Shown: positions 1-9,814, numbered from the stretch's first letter. The stretch: 47,489 nt of DNA from Candidatus Micrarchaeia archaeon (GCA_041500865.1 JBGQMY010000007.1:1-47489), one strand, 5' to 3'. Notes: generated by a model not told the origin, from the letters alone. Numbers and translations are program-made.

Positions 1-332
1 ACCGTGTTTACCGGGGTTGAAAACGAGTACTGCTTCCCGTCAAGGGCGTAATTGGTTGTTATCAACGCCCTTTCCCCCGCCTTTGAGAACGTCACATTGT
101 CAAGCACGGCCGGATAGTATATTGAGACGATACTTTCGCTCGGGCAGAAGACATAGGCTTCCTCTATGTTCCTCTTCAGCACGTCAGTGTCCTCGTAAAG
201 CTGCCTCTGGTAGAAGTCGCTGCTGTGGGTCGCTGAGACGCTGAACACGAAGATTATGAGCGGTATCATGATGACCATAAACGATGAGACCATGGCTATG
301 TTCTCTATGGAGGATTGGCCTTTTTTGTGCAT
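1..332 (-). CDS. Class III signal peptide (pilin-like) protein, partial; runs off the window start and is missing from the ORF track
   Basis: Manual translation from ATG at 332: MHKKG|QSSIENIAMVSSFMVIMIPLIILVFSVS..., open to the window edge. KG|Q-x-x-x-E followed by a hydrophobic stretch fits an archaeal prepilin peptidase site. Confidence 0.75.
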   Translation of the reverse strand, partial: MHKKGQSSIENIAMVSSFMVIMIPLIIFVFSVSATHSSDFYQRQLYEDTDVLKRNIEEAYVFCPSESIVSIYYPAVLDNVTFSKAGERALITTNYALDGKQYSFSTPVNT

Positions 333-333
333 T

Positions 334-1971
334 TCATTCAACCCCCGTGCAGAGCGCATCGTTGAGGCCGCAGTAAAGGTAGTCTGGCATGGCGAACTCG
401 TCAACCATGACGGTTTTGGAGCCTATTACCCTCCTCGTGACCGCGTCTGTTGCGCACATCTCCCTGGTCTTGCATCCGGGCATGCCCCTTATGACGTAGA
501 GGCTGGAAGACGCCGGGGAGCCGGCTATGAACTCGGAGTCAACGCTGCTCCTGTCCCTGTACTCGCCGTTTGGCCCCAGGAACTCCTTCTCTACCAATAT
601 TGTCGCAATCCCGTTGTCGCTGTCTTTCATGGAATATGCGTTGCTGAACATCCTTTGGAAGAAGTTCGGGCCGTTTGCCGACTTGTAGTAGTAGGCGCAG
701 ATGAACTGGTCCCTTATGCTCTCTATCCCGTAAAGGGTCATCTGGGACATGCGCTTGGCATTCAGGTTCGTGTTATACTGGTCCTTTCCTGTGTTGAAGT
801 AGGCTGCGATGCTTGGGGAGTCGCCGGTCTGCGACGCCTGGTCATCGATGTAATAATTGTAGTTTTGGTCTCCTGTTATCGTGCCCCTGTTGAACCCTGG
901 CAGCACCAGGAAAGGCTTTTTCATGTGCGCCCCGGTCGCCTCGTCCGGGCTCTCGCTTGCGACGCAGGCCGCGCTGTATACAACGGGGTTGAAGACCGTT
1001 GCCGGGTCCTCGTCTTCCTTGCCCGCGCCGCAGCCCTGGTTGTCAGTCCCTATTATGCTGTTGTTGATTATGTAAGCGCCGTAGCTGGTCCAGTTTTCCG
1101 TATTCAATATGTCAGAAAGGTTTCCATAGAGTATGTAAAGGTCGGGCATGTCGGGCGTGCTCTTGTTGGCGTTGCCAACAGATATCAGCGGCCCGTAGAA
1201 CCAGCCCTGGCCTGCGAGCGTGCCTGAAAGCTTTATGCTGCCCGCGGCGCTGCTGAAGTCGTCTATTGTGTTTCCGGAATTGTCGTGCATGAACATGAAC
1301 CAGCTGAAGTTCTGCTTTTCATTTATGCCCCCATCATAAAGGTACCTGTTCAGCATCGGGTCAGGGAGCCCCTCTATGCTCACGTTCGCCCCAAGGTCCC
1401 TGTAAACCACGCGGTATTCCGACCTTCCGAGAGCGTCGGAGACGTTGATTATGATGTCTGCCGTAAGCATCACGCTGTGCGGCGAGGCCATCTCTATCCT
1501 TGTGTTGTTGAACCTCAATTCGTTCATCCTGTACCCTATCGGCGCAAGGCTCTCGTTGAGCAGGAATGCAAAATTGTTAAGAGTGTAGTTCATCTCCGCG
1601 CCAGAATAGGCCAGCTTTGCCTTGCCTTGGTCCTCGAAGAGCGACGCGTCCGACGTCCCGTTGTTTATCAGGCTCTGGAATATCAGCGCGGAATTGTTCA
1701 TGTTCTTCTCGTCGTCCCCCGTGTCCTTTATGGGGTTGTAGGTTGTGTAGTTTGCCATCTTGTATAGCGCAAACTTGCCAGTCGCCCCCAATGTGGCTGA
1801 CATGGACCCGTTGTTGAAGTTGGAGAAGACCGTCTGGTATGAAAGCAAATTCATGAGGTCCGCGTAGAATATCTCGTTCTCCCTTATCGCGGAGAGGTGC
1901 TGCGTTACCGATGAGACGGCAAAGACGAGGAAAACGAGCGCTGACAGCGAAAGGAAGAACCCCTTGTTCAT
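334..1971 (-). CDS. Secreted pilin-associated protein with class III-like signal peptide (545 aa)
   Basis: Likely start MNKG|FFLSLSALVFLVFAVSS overlaps the upstream stop (ATGA). The body is Asn/Gly/Ser-rich with several Cys, as expected for an extracellular protein. Confidence 0.7.
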   Translation of the reverse strand: MNKGFFLSLSALVFLVFAVSSVTQHLSAIRENEIFYADLMNLLSYQTVFSNFNNGSMSATLGATGKFALYKMANYTTYNPIKDTGDDEKNMNNSALIFQSLINNGTSDASLFEDQGKAKLAYSGAEMNYTLNNFAFLLNESLAPIGYRMNELRFNNTRIEMASPHSVMLTADIIINVSDALGRSEYRVVYRDLGANVSIEGLPDPMLNRYLYDGGINEKQNFSWFMFMHDNSGNTIDDFSSAAGSIKLSGTLAGQGWFYGPLISVGNANKSTPDMPDLYILYGNLSDILNTENWTSYGAYIINNSIIGTDNQGCGAGKEDEDPATVFNPVVYSAACVASESPDEATGAHMKKPFLVLPGFNRGTITGDQNYNYYIDDQASQTGDSPSIAAYFNTGKDQYNTNLNAKRMSQMTLYGIESIRDQFICAYYYKSANGPNFFQRMFSNAYSMKDSDNGIATILVEKEFLGPNGEYRDRSSVDSEFIAGSPASSSLYVIRGMPGCKTREMCATDAVTRRVIGSKTVMVDEFAMPDYLYCGLNDALCTGVE

Positions 1972-2498
1972 ATGAACACCACCAGCCTCATGATTGTTGA
2001 GTTCAAGCCCCATTCAGGCGTGTAGTTCTGCAGGTTGCACGGAACCCCTTTTCCGCCCCTGCATGTTATGTAATCATATGGGTCGTATGTGCCTTCCTTC
2101 ATCCCTGCTACTATCGTGTGCGTTGAGACCGTCACTATCGCGTCGCTGCTCTGGACGCCTATGCCGGCATTGGAGGAGCTGCCCTCAAAGCAGTCCTTTA
2201 TTTCGGACCACTTGCCGCTGTCCTTGTCATAGGCAAGCAGCTCATAGCCGTATCCTGGCGGCAGGTTGTCCCTTATGATGATTTCACACGCGGCCGCCCT
2301 GTCGATGTTGTTGACTATGTTGTCAAGGTAGGGCGAAGCGGCCAGCGCCTTTATGCCGTCCGAGGAAAGCAGCTTGAGCTGGTATGCCGCCGCATACTGG
2401 TACGTTGAAAGGCCCAGGCCGAAGACCAGCATGTTGAGCGCCATCGCGATAATCATCAGCGAGATGAATGCGTCCAGCGAGTATATAAATGCCTTCAT
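1968..2498 (-). CDS. Pilin-like protein with class III-like signal peptide
   Basis: Likely start MKA|FIYSLDAFISLMIIAMAL; TTAAATA TATA-like box upstream; first gene of a three-gene run. Confidence 0.7.
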   Translation of the reverse strand: MKAFIYSLDAFISLMIIAMALNMLVFGLGLSTYQYAAAYQLKLLSSDGIKALAASPYLDNIVNNIDRAAACEIIIRDNLPPGYGYELLAYDKDSGKWSEIKDCFEGSSSNAGIGVQSSDAIVTVSTHTIVAGMKEGTYDPYDYITCRGGKGVPCNLQNYTPEWGLNSTIMRLVVFI

Positions 2499-2621
2499 CG
2501 GTATATTTTGGCCATGAAAGGTATTTAAGACTATGCCCAAACAGCACAATGTTACAACCGTATCGCAATCCTGCCGGAACCGTTTGGTTTTTAAGGATTT
2601 ATGAGAACGTTGTTCTTACGT

Positions 2622-2696
2622 GGGCCTGTAGCTCAGCCTGGCTAGAGCACTCGACTCTTAATCGAGGTGTCGGGGGTTCAAATCCCCTCAGGCCCG
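2622..2696 (+). tRNA. tRNA-Lys (CTT)
   Basis: Acceptor stem GGGCCTG/CAGGCCC, anticodon arm CTCGA-CT CTT AA-TCGAG, T-loop GTTCAAATC; CCA not encoded. Confidence 0.95.
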
Positions 2697-2771
2697 CATC
2701 GCACCTGCTTCAGCGCAGGGCCTGTGGCAGATGGACGCGCACGGCCATGGCTGCCTTGGGCCCGCTCATTT

Positions 2772-3779
2772 TTACATGTCCCTATTAACGATAAAGTTGG
2801 ACAGTTCAATCATCTTGGAGCTGAACTCGTTCCTCGGGAGGAGCGACGAAATCTCGTTCTTCTCCTTTTCCACCAGCTTTGACGCCACCTTCCTGGCATG
2901 GGCGATGGAATCCGTCTTGCCCATGAGCGCTATCGCCTCTGCTATCAGCTTTTCCTCGGTGGTGTGCATGGTCAGTATGGCCTTGAGCCTTGACGCATCG
3001 TCCTTCTGCAGGTTGGCAAGCGCGTGTATGACCATCAGCGTCCTCTTGCCTTCGGTTATGTCGTCGCCTATCTTCTTCTTGTATTTTTCCTCATCCCCGA
3101 CAAGGTTCAGCACGTCATCCTGTATCTGGAACGCTATGCCTATGGACTTGCCGAATGCGTACAGCGGGGAAAACAGCGAGGGCTTGTCAAGCATGATTGA
3201 CGGAAGCGCGGCGGATATGCCAATCAAAGCGCCGGTCTTCTTGCTGACCATGGTGAAATAGTCCTGCTCCGTCTGGTCGAAGATGTTGTTGTGCTCCCAG
3301 AAAAGGTCGTATGCCTGGCCCTCCACCACTTCCTTGTACGTTTCGCCCATGGCCTTTGCCATCTTTATCTTCTTCTCCGTGTCAAAATTCATGTCCAGCA
3401 TCTTGTTCCATATGAACGTGTACAGACTGTCCCCTGAATTAAGGGCTACCGGCATTCCGTTCGTGACGTGAAGCGTGGGCTTGCCCCTCCTGAGGACCGA
3501 GCCGTCCTCTATGTCGTCATGTATGAGCGAAAACGCGTGGAAGCACTCTATGAGAGCAGACGGCAGGAGCGCCCTTTTGTATGTCTCCTCCCTCTTCTTC
3601 TGGTCCTCCTCTATTGCCTGCGCAACTGTCAGGAGGATTGCCGGCCTTATCCTCTTGCCGCCCCTCATTATGTACTCATAGAGCATGCCGTAGGCTTCCT
3701 TGGGCTCCTTTGGGAGTATTTCGGCTATCACGGCGTCAACGTCCCTTATCTCTTTTTCAAATGCCTTTCCCAGGTCCAT
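2772..3779 (-). CDS. idsA: Polyprenyl diphosphate synthase (GGPP synthase, IdsA family)
   Basis: GGKRIRP, first Asp-rich motif LIHDDIED..RRG, second Asp-rich motif AFQIQDDVL, KT motif. Confidence 0.9.
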   Translation of the reverse strand: MDLGKAFEKEIRDVDAVIAEILPKEPKEAYGMLYEYIMRGGKRIRPAILLTVAQAIEEDQKKREETYKRALLPSALIECFHAFSLIHDDIEDGSVLRRGKPTLHVTNGMPVALNSGDSLYTFIWNKMLDMNFDTEKKIKMAKAMGETYKEVVEGQAYDLFWEHNNIFDQTEQDYFTMVSKKTGALIGISAALPSIMLDKPSLFSPLYAFGKSIGIAFQIQDDVLNLVGDEEKYKKKIGDDITEGKRTLMVIHALANLQKDDASRLKAILTMHTTEEKLIAEAIALMGKTDSIAHARKVASKLVEKEKNEISSLLPRNEFSSKMIELSNFIVNRDM

Positions 3780-3826
3780 ACATCTGAAATGGCTTATGAG
3801 CCTTTTTAACTGTTTCGCAGGCTCGG

Positions 3827-4780
3827 CTATTGGCCGATGCATTCGCTGAATGCGGAGATAAACAGCTTTCCGGTTTCTTTCTCTATCAGGATTGCGCCGT
3901 TCTCTATCAATAAAGCGCAGGCTTCTGCATTCTCTGAATGTGCGGCAAGCATGAACGCGGTTCTGCCGCCATTGTCCTTGGCGTTGATGTCCGCGCCTTT
4001 TTTAATCAACAATCTGCATGTGTCGGCGTGCCCCATCTTCGCGGCAATCATGAGCGCGGTCTTGCCTTCTTCGTCTTTTTCCTCTATGTTTGCGCCCATT
4101 TTGATTAGTAGAGCGCACGTTTCAGTGCTCCCATTTTCTGCGGCAATCATGAGCGCGGTCTTGCCATCACGATCCTTTGTGTCGATTTTTGCGCCTTTTT
4201 CAACCAGTAATTTGCATATGTCAGTGTGCCTTCTTTCCGCAGCCCACATCAGCGCGGTCTTTCCCCAGCTGTCCTTATCTTCCATTCTTGCCCCGTTGTT
4301 TAATAGAACCCTGCATTTGCCAGTGGCGCCTGACAATGCGGCATTGATGAGCGGGGTCATATTCTGCTTGTCCTTTGCGTTCACCTTTGCGCCGTGCTTT
4401 ATCAGCAGCTCAGCGTTTTCCTGGGAAAATATCTGCATCAGCGGCGTCCAGCCATATTTATTGCTCGCATTAACATCTGCGCCATGGTTTATGAGAAGCT
4501 TAAGCTCGTCTATTTCCGCATGCCCTTCTGACGAAACTAGCAAAGGCGTATTGCCGTTCTCATCCTTTGAGTTCACGTTTGCGCCCCTTTTAATCAGCCT
4601 TTCTAGGTAATCTGTGCTGTGCCAGAGAAGCCGCAACTCGAAACGGAGCTCGCCGTCCAGCCGCTTCTGCTCTTCCTCGGAAAGCCTTGGGCTTTCGGTC
4701 TTGGGGCCGTATCTGCTGAGTGATTTGGATATGCCTGGCTGGTTTTTTATTTTGATTTCGGTTTTCGGCTTTTCCTGCAT
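3827..4780 (-). CDS. Ankyrin repeat protein with C-terminal F-x3-F-x2-C-x3 tail
   Basis: About 8 ankyrin repeats (GKTALMxAA...LLIxxGAxIxxKD); start MQEKPK; ends LFISAFSECIGQ. Confidence 0.9.
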   Translation of the reverse strand: MQEKPKTEIKIKNQPGISKSLSRYGPKTESPRLSEEEQKRLDGELRFELRLLWHSTDYLERLIKRGANVNSKDENGNTPLLVSSEGHAEIDELKLLINHGADVNASNKYGWTPLMQIFSQENAELLIKHGAKVNAKDKQNMTPLINAALSGATGKCRVLLNNGARMEDKDSWGKTALMWAAERRHTDICKLLVEKGAKIDTKDRDGKTALMIAAENGSTETCALLIKMGANIEEKDEEGKTALMIAAKMGHADTCRLLIKKGADINAKDNGGRTAFMLAAHSENAEACALLIENGAILIEKETGKLFISAFSECIGQ

Positions 4781-4862
4781 GCGTTTATTGTGCGGCAAAG
4801 GGAATAAAAATAGCGCAGCAGCGCCAAATAAAAGGAAGGTTGAGCGTCAAGTCGTTTTTCGC

Positions 4863-4948
4863 TGAAGCCTTTTCCTAAAAGGCTTCAAGGGAACCTTGGT
4901 TCCCTTACGGAGGGATGAGCCCTTAAGGGGGCCTTCCCTTAGGGAAAG
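4863..4948. repeat. Cluster of short inverted repeats (hairpins)
   Basis: TGAAGCCTTTT-CCT-AAAAGGCTTCA; AAGGGAACC-TT-GGTTCCCTT; CCCTTAAGGG; TTCCCT-T-AGGGAA. Confidence 0.7.
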
Positions 4949-4949
4949 A

Positions 4950-5246
4950 CTACTTGTACTTGAAAGCCCGCGCGTGCCCGCATTCCTTGCACCTGTATAC
5001 GGCCCTTTTGTTCATCCTGTCAAACGAGATGTCAACCGTTGAGGACGGAATCCAGGGCGCGAAGCATTTCCCGCAGAAACTGAACCTTTGCTCCCGCGTC
5101 AATCCAATGGTGAACCGCTTGCCTATGCCAACGGCCCTTTGCGCGTATCTGCGGGCCAGTTCCCTGTCAATTTTCCATTCGGAAACAGAAAGCCCGAGCA
5201 GTATGGCTATGCGCTCTTTGGCTATTTCCTCCCTCAGCTTCGCCAT
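4950..5246 (-). CDS. rnp4: Ribonuclease P protein component 4 (Rpp21)
   Basis: IAKERIAIL, LARRY, and Zn ribbon FCGKC...YRCKECG. Confidence 0.9.
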   Translation of the reverse strand: MAKLREEIAKERIAILLGLSVSEWKIDRELARRYAQRAVGIGKRFTIGLTREQRFSFCGKCFAPWIPSSTVDISFDRMNKRAVYRCKECGHARAFKYK

Positions 5247-5300
5247 CGGTTGAAGATGGGGGCGATTGATTTTTAATTGTTGACTAAAAAGAAAGGGCTC

Positions 5301-6119
5301 ATGCACATAGGCGTTTTTGTCCGCAACCTGATGCCGCAGATGCTTGGGATGAAGGCCGAGCGGCCGACCGTTTTCGTGGACGGGAGGGGCAACATAATAG
5401 AGGCCGTCAACATGGAGGGCGGCAAGGCCCTGGGGCGCATGGCCTCTGACGACAGCATGGACATCGTAAACGTAGATGACGTTGAGGGAAGGACGTCAAG
5501 GTTCACGGAAAGGCTGAAGCGGGGCCTTTCCAAGTTCGGCGAGGTTTACGCGGCCTCGGACAGGCTGTTCATAGTGGAAAGCAGGGCAGAGGACCCGGAA
5601 GGCATCCCGAAAAGCATAAGGGAGGACATTGACATAGACTGCATAATCTGCATATCAGACAGCGCAAGGGTGCTGAAGGCGGTGTGCCCCTTTGCCGACA
5701 AGGACATAATGTTCAACGAGAAGGACTTCAGGGAGGGGAAGCTGGAAACGCTTGACCTGCCGGACGACGCAAAGGAGAAGATAGAGTTCGCGCTTTACGA
5801 CGAGGACGACGTTTTGGATTCGCTTTGCGGGAAGGTCGTTGAGGTTGACGGGAAAAACAGGAAGGAAAGCATGGGCAGCATGCTTGACAGCCTTGTGAAG
5901 GACGAGGGCCTCGTGTACCCGATATCCGGGGACATCTACGTGCTTGTCATAAGGGAAGGGGCGCAGTTCATAAAAAAAGTGGTCTTGAAGCAGGACTCAA
6001 GGGAATCCATAATAGAGAAGATGGGCAAGGTCGCCCGCTTTGCGGAGAAGATAGGCGTGTTCATCTACAGCAGCAAGAGCGGCAAGGAAAAAAGGCTCAC
6101 GAGGTTCTTCGGGCTCTAG
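5301..6119 (+). CDS. Hypothetical acidic protein
   Basis: Long ORF with host-like codon usage; TTTTTAA box ~25-30 nt upstream of ATG 5301. Confidence 0.7.
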   Translation: MHIGVFVRNLMPQMLGMKAERPTVFVDGRGNIIEAVNMEGGKALGRMASDDSMDIVNVDDVEGRTSRFTERLKRGLSKFGEVYAASDRLFIVESRAEDPEGIPKSIREDIDIDCIICISDSARVLKAVCPFADKDIMFNEKDFREGKLETLDLPDDAKEKIEFALYDEDDVLDSLCGKVVEVDGKNRKESMGSMLDSLVKDEGLVYPISGDIYVLVIREGAQFIKKVVLKQDSRESIIEKMGKVARFAEKIGVFIYSSKSGKEKRLTRFFGL

Positions 6120-6164
6120 CGGACAGGCAAAAATCTTTTAAAGCGTTCCAGGCAACCTTTGACC

Positions 6165-6740
6165 ATGATAAGCATTCCGCTGATTCTCCAGCTGTTCGTG
6201 CTGATAAACCCCCTCTCGTCCTTTCCTGTGCTGGTGTCAGCGTTCAAGAAGAAGATGGATGTCAAGAAGATAGCGCTGATGTCAACGCTGGTGGCGTTCG
6301 CCATAGCCATAGCCGTCGTTTTCGTTGGCCCGCTGCTCTTCACGATGTTCGGCGTCGGCATAGACTCGCTCATGATAGCTGGCGGCGTCATACTGCTGCT
6401 GCTCGGAATAGACACGGTACGGCAGGATGGCGAAACCGGCGGAAACGTGAACGAGGTTGACGGGTTCATATCCCTCATAGCGACCCCGCTGCTGACCGGC
6501 CCGGCGACCATATCCTTCATAATACTGAAGGCGTATGAGATGGGCCAGATGGACCTTGTCGTGGACATAACAATAACGTTCGCCGCGATAGGCGCGCTGT
6601 TCGTGCTCTTCGCGTTCATGGTGCCGAAAATAAACGCAAAAGTCGTAGGGATACTCTCAAAGATATTCGGGCTTTTCCTGACTGCGATAGGCATTGAGAT
6701 GGTGGCGACTGGCATAAGGGCGATTATGCTAGTCCCCTGA
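6165..6740 (+). CDS. MarC family integral membrane protein
   Basis: LFVLINP, IAGGVILLLLG, IATPLLTGPATIS, KIFGLFLTAIGIEM. Confidence 0.9.
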   Translation: MISIPLILQLFVLINPLSSFPVLVSAFKKKMDVKKIALMSTLVAFAIAIAVVFVGPLLFTMFGVGIDSLMIAGGVILLLLGIDTVRQDGETGGNVNEVDGFISLIATPLLTGPATISFIILKAYEMGQMDLVVDITITFAAIGALFVLFAFMVPKINAKVVGILSKIFGLFLTAIGIEMVATGIRAIMLVP

Positions 6741-7301
6741 TTTTTTGAAGCTGGCAAGCGCCAGCTCCTCAAAGAAGTACCTTTCCTTTTCAACAATCCC
6801 AAATCCATCCATTTTCTCAAGCCTTTCCATGTATCCGGCAAAGCCGGCGTTCTGCGAGCTGAGGACAAGGTATGCCCTGCCCTGTGCATTCAGGAAGGAC
6901 GGATAAGAGCCAAGGAACGAGGATATCTGGCCTTCGTCAACGAAACTGAGGTCGTCGCGCGTCCTTGTATCGTCTTTTCCAAGATAGGGCGGGTTGAACG
7001 CTATCGTGTCAAACGTTCCGCTTATGTTTGAAAACAAATTGGAAACGACGAATTCCGCATTCGCTATGCCGTTAAGCCCCGCATTCAGCCTGGCGTTTTC
7101 AACGGCCAGCGGATTTATGTCGGCGCCAAGCACTCGGTTTTTCTTGTTGAGCAGGGCGTTTGCAAGCGCGACGAAGCCGGTCCCGCAGCCCAGCTCAAGG
7201 AATGAGCCCTTGCGGTGCATGGTGTTGCGCGCCAGCAGCAGCGTGTCCTCCGAGGGCGGGTAGACGCCGTCTGAAACGCCTATGCTCAGGTCGATGCCCA
7301 G
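6729..7301 (-). CDS. HemK2/PrmC-family N5-glutamine methyltransferase; likely CTG start at 7301
   Basis: LELGCGTG SAM motif and FNPPY. The conserved VYPPSEDT motif is in frame upstream of the first ATG (7220). Confidence 0.85.
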   Translation of the reverse strand: MGIDLSIGVSDGVYPPSEDTLLLARNTMHRKGSFLELGCGTGFVALANALLNKKNRVLGADINPLAVENARLNAGLNGIANAEFVVSNLFSNISGTFDTIAFNPPYLGKDDTRTRDDLSFVDEGQISSFLGSYPSFLNAQGRAYLVLSSQNAGFAGYMERLEKMDGFGIVEKERYFFEELALASFKKSGD

Positions 7302-9814
7302 ATGCCCAGCGATTTTCTCACCTCGTCAAAGAACAGGATTGCTGAAGACAGGAGCATGACCATGAGCAAGTCGCCTATGGACATCGGAACCACATTGAAG
7401 AACTCGGAGGACAGCAGCGGTATGTAGTTTATTGACACCTGTATTATGAACATGGCCGCGACTATCGTGAGTAGCGCCTTGTTGGAAAGCAGGTTCTCCC
7501 AAAAATGCGAAAGCGGGGAACGGACCGCGAACGCGTTGAACAGCTGCATGAACACGAAGAGGTTGAAGGCCCACGTCGTTGCGACGTTGTCGCCGCGGCC
7601 CAGGTTCTGCTGGAATATGTAGAACGTGAAAAGGGAGATGAACACGCCGGAAACCAGTATCGTCAGCATCGTGGGCATCGAAAGGAGCGGCACGGACTTC
7701 CTTGGCTTTTCCGTCTCTATATCCTTGCCAGGGCGCTCAAAAGCCTGCGCGACCGCAGGCGGCCCGTCCATTATTATGTTTATCCAAAGCAGCTGTATCG
7801 CGCCCAATGCAAGCGGAAAGTCCATCGCGAACGCGTAAACGGTCAGCAGTATGGCAGAAAGGTTGGTCGTGAGCTGGAACCTCACGAAGTTGACGATGTT
7901 GCGGAATATTGAGCGCCCGTACATTATGGCGCCGAAAAGCGTTGAAAAATTATCATCCAGCAGGACTATGTCGGCAATCTCCCTGCTCGCGTCCGTGCCC
8001 CTGATGCCCATTGCAACGCCCACGTTGGCGCTCTTCAGCGCAGGGGCGTCGTTTATGCCGTCGCCGGTAACAGCGACAATGTGGCCGTTTGCCTTCAGCG
8101 CCTCCACGATTTTGAGCTTGCTTTCCGGGGTTGCCCTTGCAATGACCCTGTGCAGCATCACTTTTTTGTACATCTCCCCATTCGTGAGGCCCTCAAGGCT
8201 CTCCCAGCTGGCTGGCTCCTCCTTCTGCCCTATTATGCCCACTGACCTCGCTATGGACCTTGCCGTGTACTTGTTGTCGCCAGTTATCATTATGATGGAG
8301 ATTCCTGCATCTTTCATCTTTTGGACTGTTTCAGCGACGCCATCCTTGGGCGGGTCCCTGAACAGCATCAGCGCGCTGAATATCCATGCGCCCCTTCCGC
8401 TTGAGAACGCGAGCGCCACTGCCTTGCAGCCGTCCTTGGAGAAATCGTTGGCGGAGTCTAGCAGCTCGGGCTTCATGTCGTCGTCCAGCCCCGTTATGCC
8501 TTCGTCCGTCTCCATGCGCGAGCACGCCTTTATGACGACCTCCGGGGCGCCCTTCATCACCCTCAGCCCGTTGCGCTCCGCCACCATCCTTCTAGAGTTG
8601 GACGAGAACGGCTCAATTATCCTCCCGTCTTCCGCCTTTATGCCCATGGCCTGCGCCGCCTTCACGACCTCAACGTCCAATTCGTCGCCGTACACCCTGC
8701 CCTCGAAATCCGTAACGTTGGTGCAGACAACGGCCTTTGAAAGAATGTCCTTCCATTCGCCCTTCCCAAGCATCCTGAATGGCGCGAATATGCCGTCAAG
8801 CACGAACTTGCCTTCCGTTATCGTGCCGGTCTTGTCGGTCGCTATGACGTCAATGGAGCCTATGGTCTCTATTGATGAGAGGCGCCTGACCACGGCCTTT
8901 GCCTTCGCCATTTCCCTGACGCCAAGTGCAAGCAGTATGACAAGCGTGGTCGGAAGGCCCTCCGGTATCGCGGCAACCGCAAGCGCAACGGAAAAGATGA
9001 ACAGCTGCACCATGTCCCTTCCGCCCATTACGCCAAAGGCAAGCAGCGCAAGTATCACGAACGTTGAGACGATGCTTATCTTCCTGCCAAGGTCCTCAAC
9101 GCGCAGCGAAAGCGTGGACTGGCCCTTCTCTATCATTTCCAGGCTGCCTGCTATCCTGCCGAACTCGGAATCCATGCCTGTTTTGATTGCCATGGCCTTG
9201 CATATGCCGCTGACGATGCTTGTTCCTGAAAAGAGCATGGCCTTCTGCCTATGCACAGGAAGCCCAAGGCTCAGTATGGCGGATTCTTTTTTATCAATTG
9301 GCAGCGACTCCCCTGTGAGCACGGACTCATTGGCCGTCAAATCCTTTGAGTCTATGATGACGCAGTCTGCAGGCACTATTTGGCCCGCCTCGAGTATGAT
9401 GATATCCCCCGGAACGATGTTCTCCGTGTCTATCACTATCTTTTTGCCGTCCCTGAGCGCCACGGCCTTCCTTTCCCTGTATTTCGAGAGCTGCTCCATG
9501 GCGTCATCGGCCTTGTATTCAAGGAACGAGCTGAAAAGCACGGACAGCAGGACTGAGGCGAGGATGGCCGCCCCTTCTATGTAATGGCTCAGGACGAGGC
9601 TTATCGCGGCTGCGAAAACCAAGAGAAGGATAAGGCTGTTTGACGCCTGGGCCGCCATTATCCCAAGCAGCGGCCTCCTCTTTTTCTTTGCGAACGCGTT
9701 TGGCCCGTGGCTCTTCAGCTTCGCCGCTGCATCGCTATTGGAAAGCCCCTTGGAGACGCTGGAGCCCTGCTCCCTTATGAGGTCTGTTATCCTTGCGGAT
9801 GGCTTTTTGTCCAT
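7286..9814 (-). CDS. Cation-transporting P-type ATPase (type II, Ca2+-ATPase-like)
   Basis: TGES, PEGL, DKTGT phosphorylation site, KGAPE, TGDGINDAPAL. Confidence 0.92.
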   Translation of the reverse strand: MDKKPSARITDLIREQGSSVSKGLSNSDAAAKLKSHGPNAFAKKKRRPLLGIMAAQASNSLILLLVFAAAISLVLSHYIEGAAILASVLLSVLFSSFLEYKADDAMEQLSKYRERKAVALRDGKKIVIDTENIVPGDIIILEAGQIVPADCVIIDSKDLTANESVLTGESLPIDKKESAILSLGLPVHRQKAMLFSGTSIVSGICKAMAIKTGMDSEFGRIAGSLEMIEKGQSTLSLRVEDLGRKISIVSTFVILALLAFGVMGGRDMVQLFIFSVALAVAAIPEGLPTTLVILLALGVREMAKAKAVVRRLSSIETIGSIDVIATDKTGTITEGKFVLDGIFAPFRMLGKGEWKDILSKAVVCTNVTDFEGRVYGDELDVEVVKAAQAMGIKAEDGRIIEPFSSNSRRMVAERNGLRVMKGAPEVVIKACSRMETDEGITGLDDDMKPELLDSANDFSKDGCKAVALAFSSGRGAWIFSALMLFRDPPKDGVAETVQKMKDAGISIIMITGDNKYTARSIARSVGIIGQKEEPASWESLEGLTNGEMYKKVMLHRVIARATPESKLKIVEALKANGHIVAVTGDGINDAPALKSANVGVAMGIRGTDASREIADIVLLDDNFSTLFGAIMYGRSIFRNIVNFVRFQLTTNLSAILLTVYAFAMDFPLALGAIQLLWINIIMDGPPAVAQAFERPGKDIETEKPRKSVPLLSMPTMLTILVSGVFISLFTFYIFQQNLGRGDNVATTWAFNLFVFMQLFNAFAVRSPLSHFWENLLSNKALLTIVAAMFIIQVSINYIPLLSSEFFNVVPMSIGDLLMVMLLSSAILFFDEVRKSLGIWAST

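Noticed and set aside
3827..4300. Near-identical nucleotide repeats (GCGGCAATCATGAGCGCGGTCTTGCC) as CRISPR or DGR repeats
   Set aside because: They are in-frame ankyrin repeat codons at 99-nt spacing; there is no cas or reverse transcriptase gene and no adenine-specific variation.
256..9584. Long plus-strand ORFs 256-1227, 3837-4610 and 7851-9584
   Set aside because: Antisense shadows of well-supported minus-strand genes.
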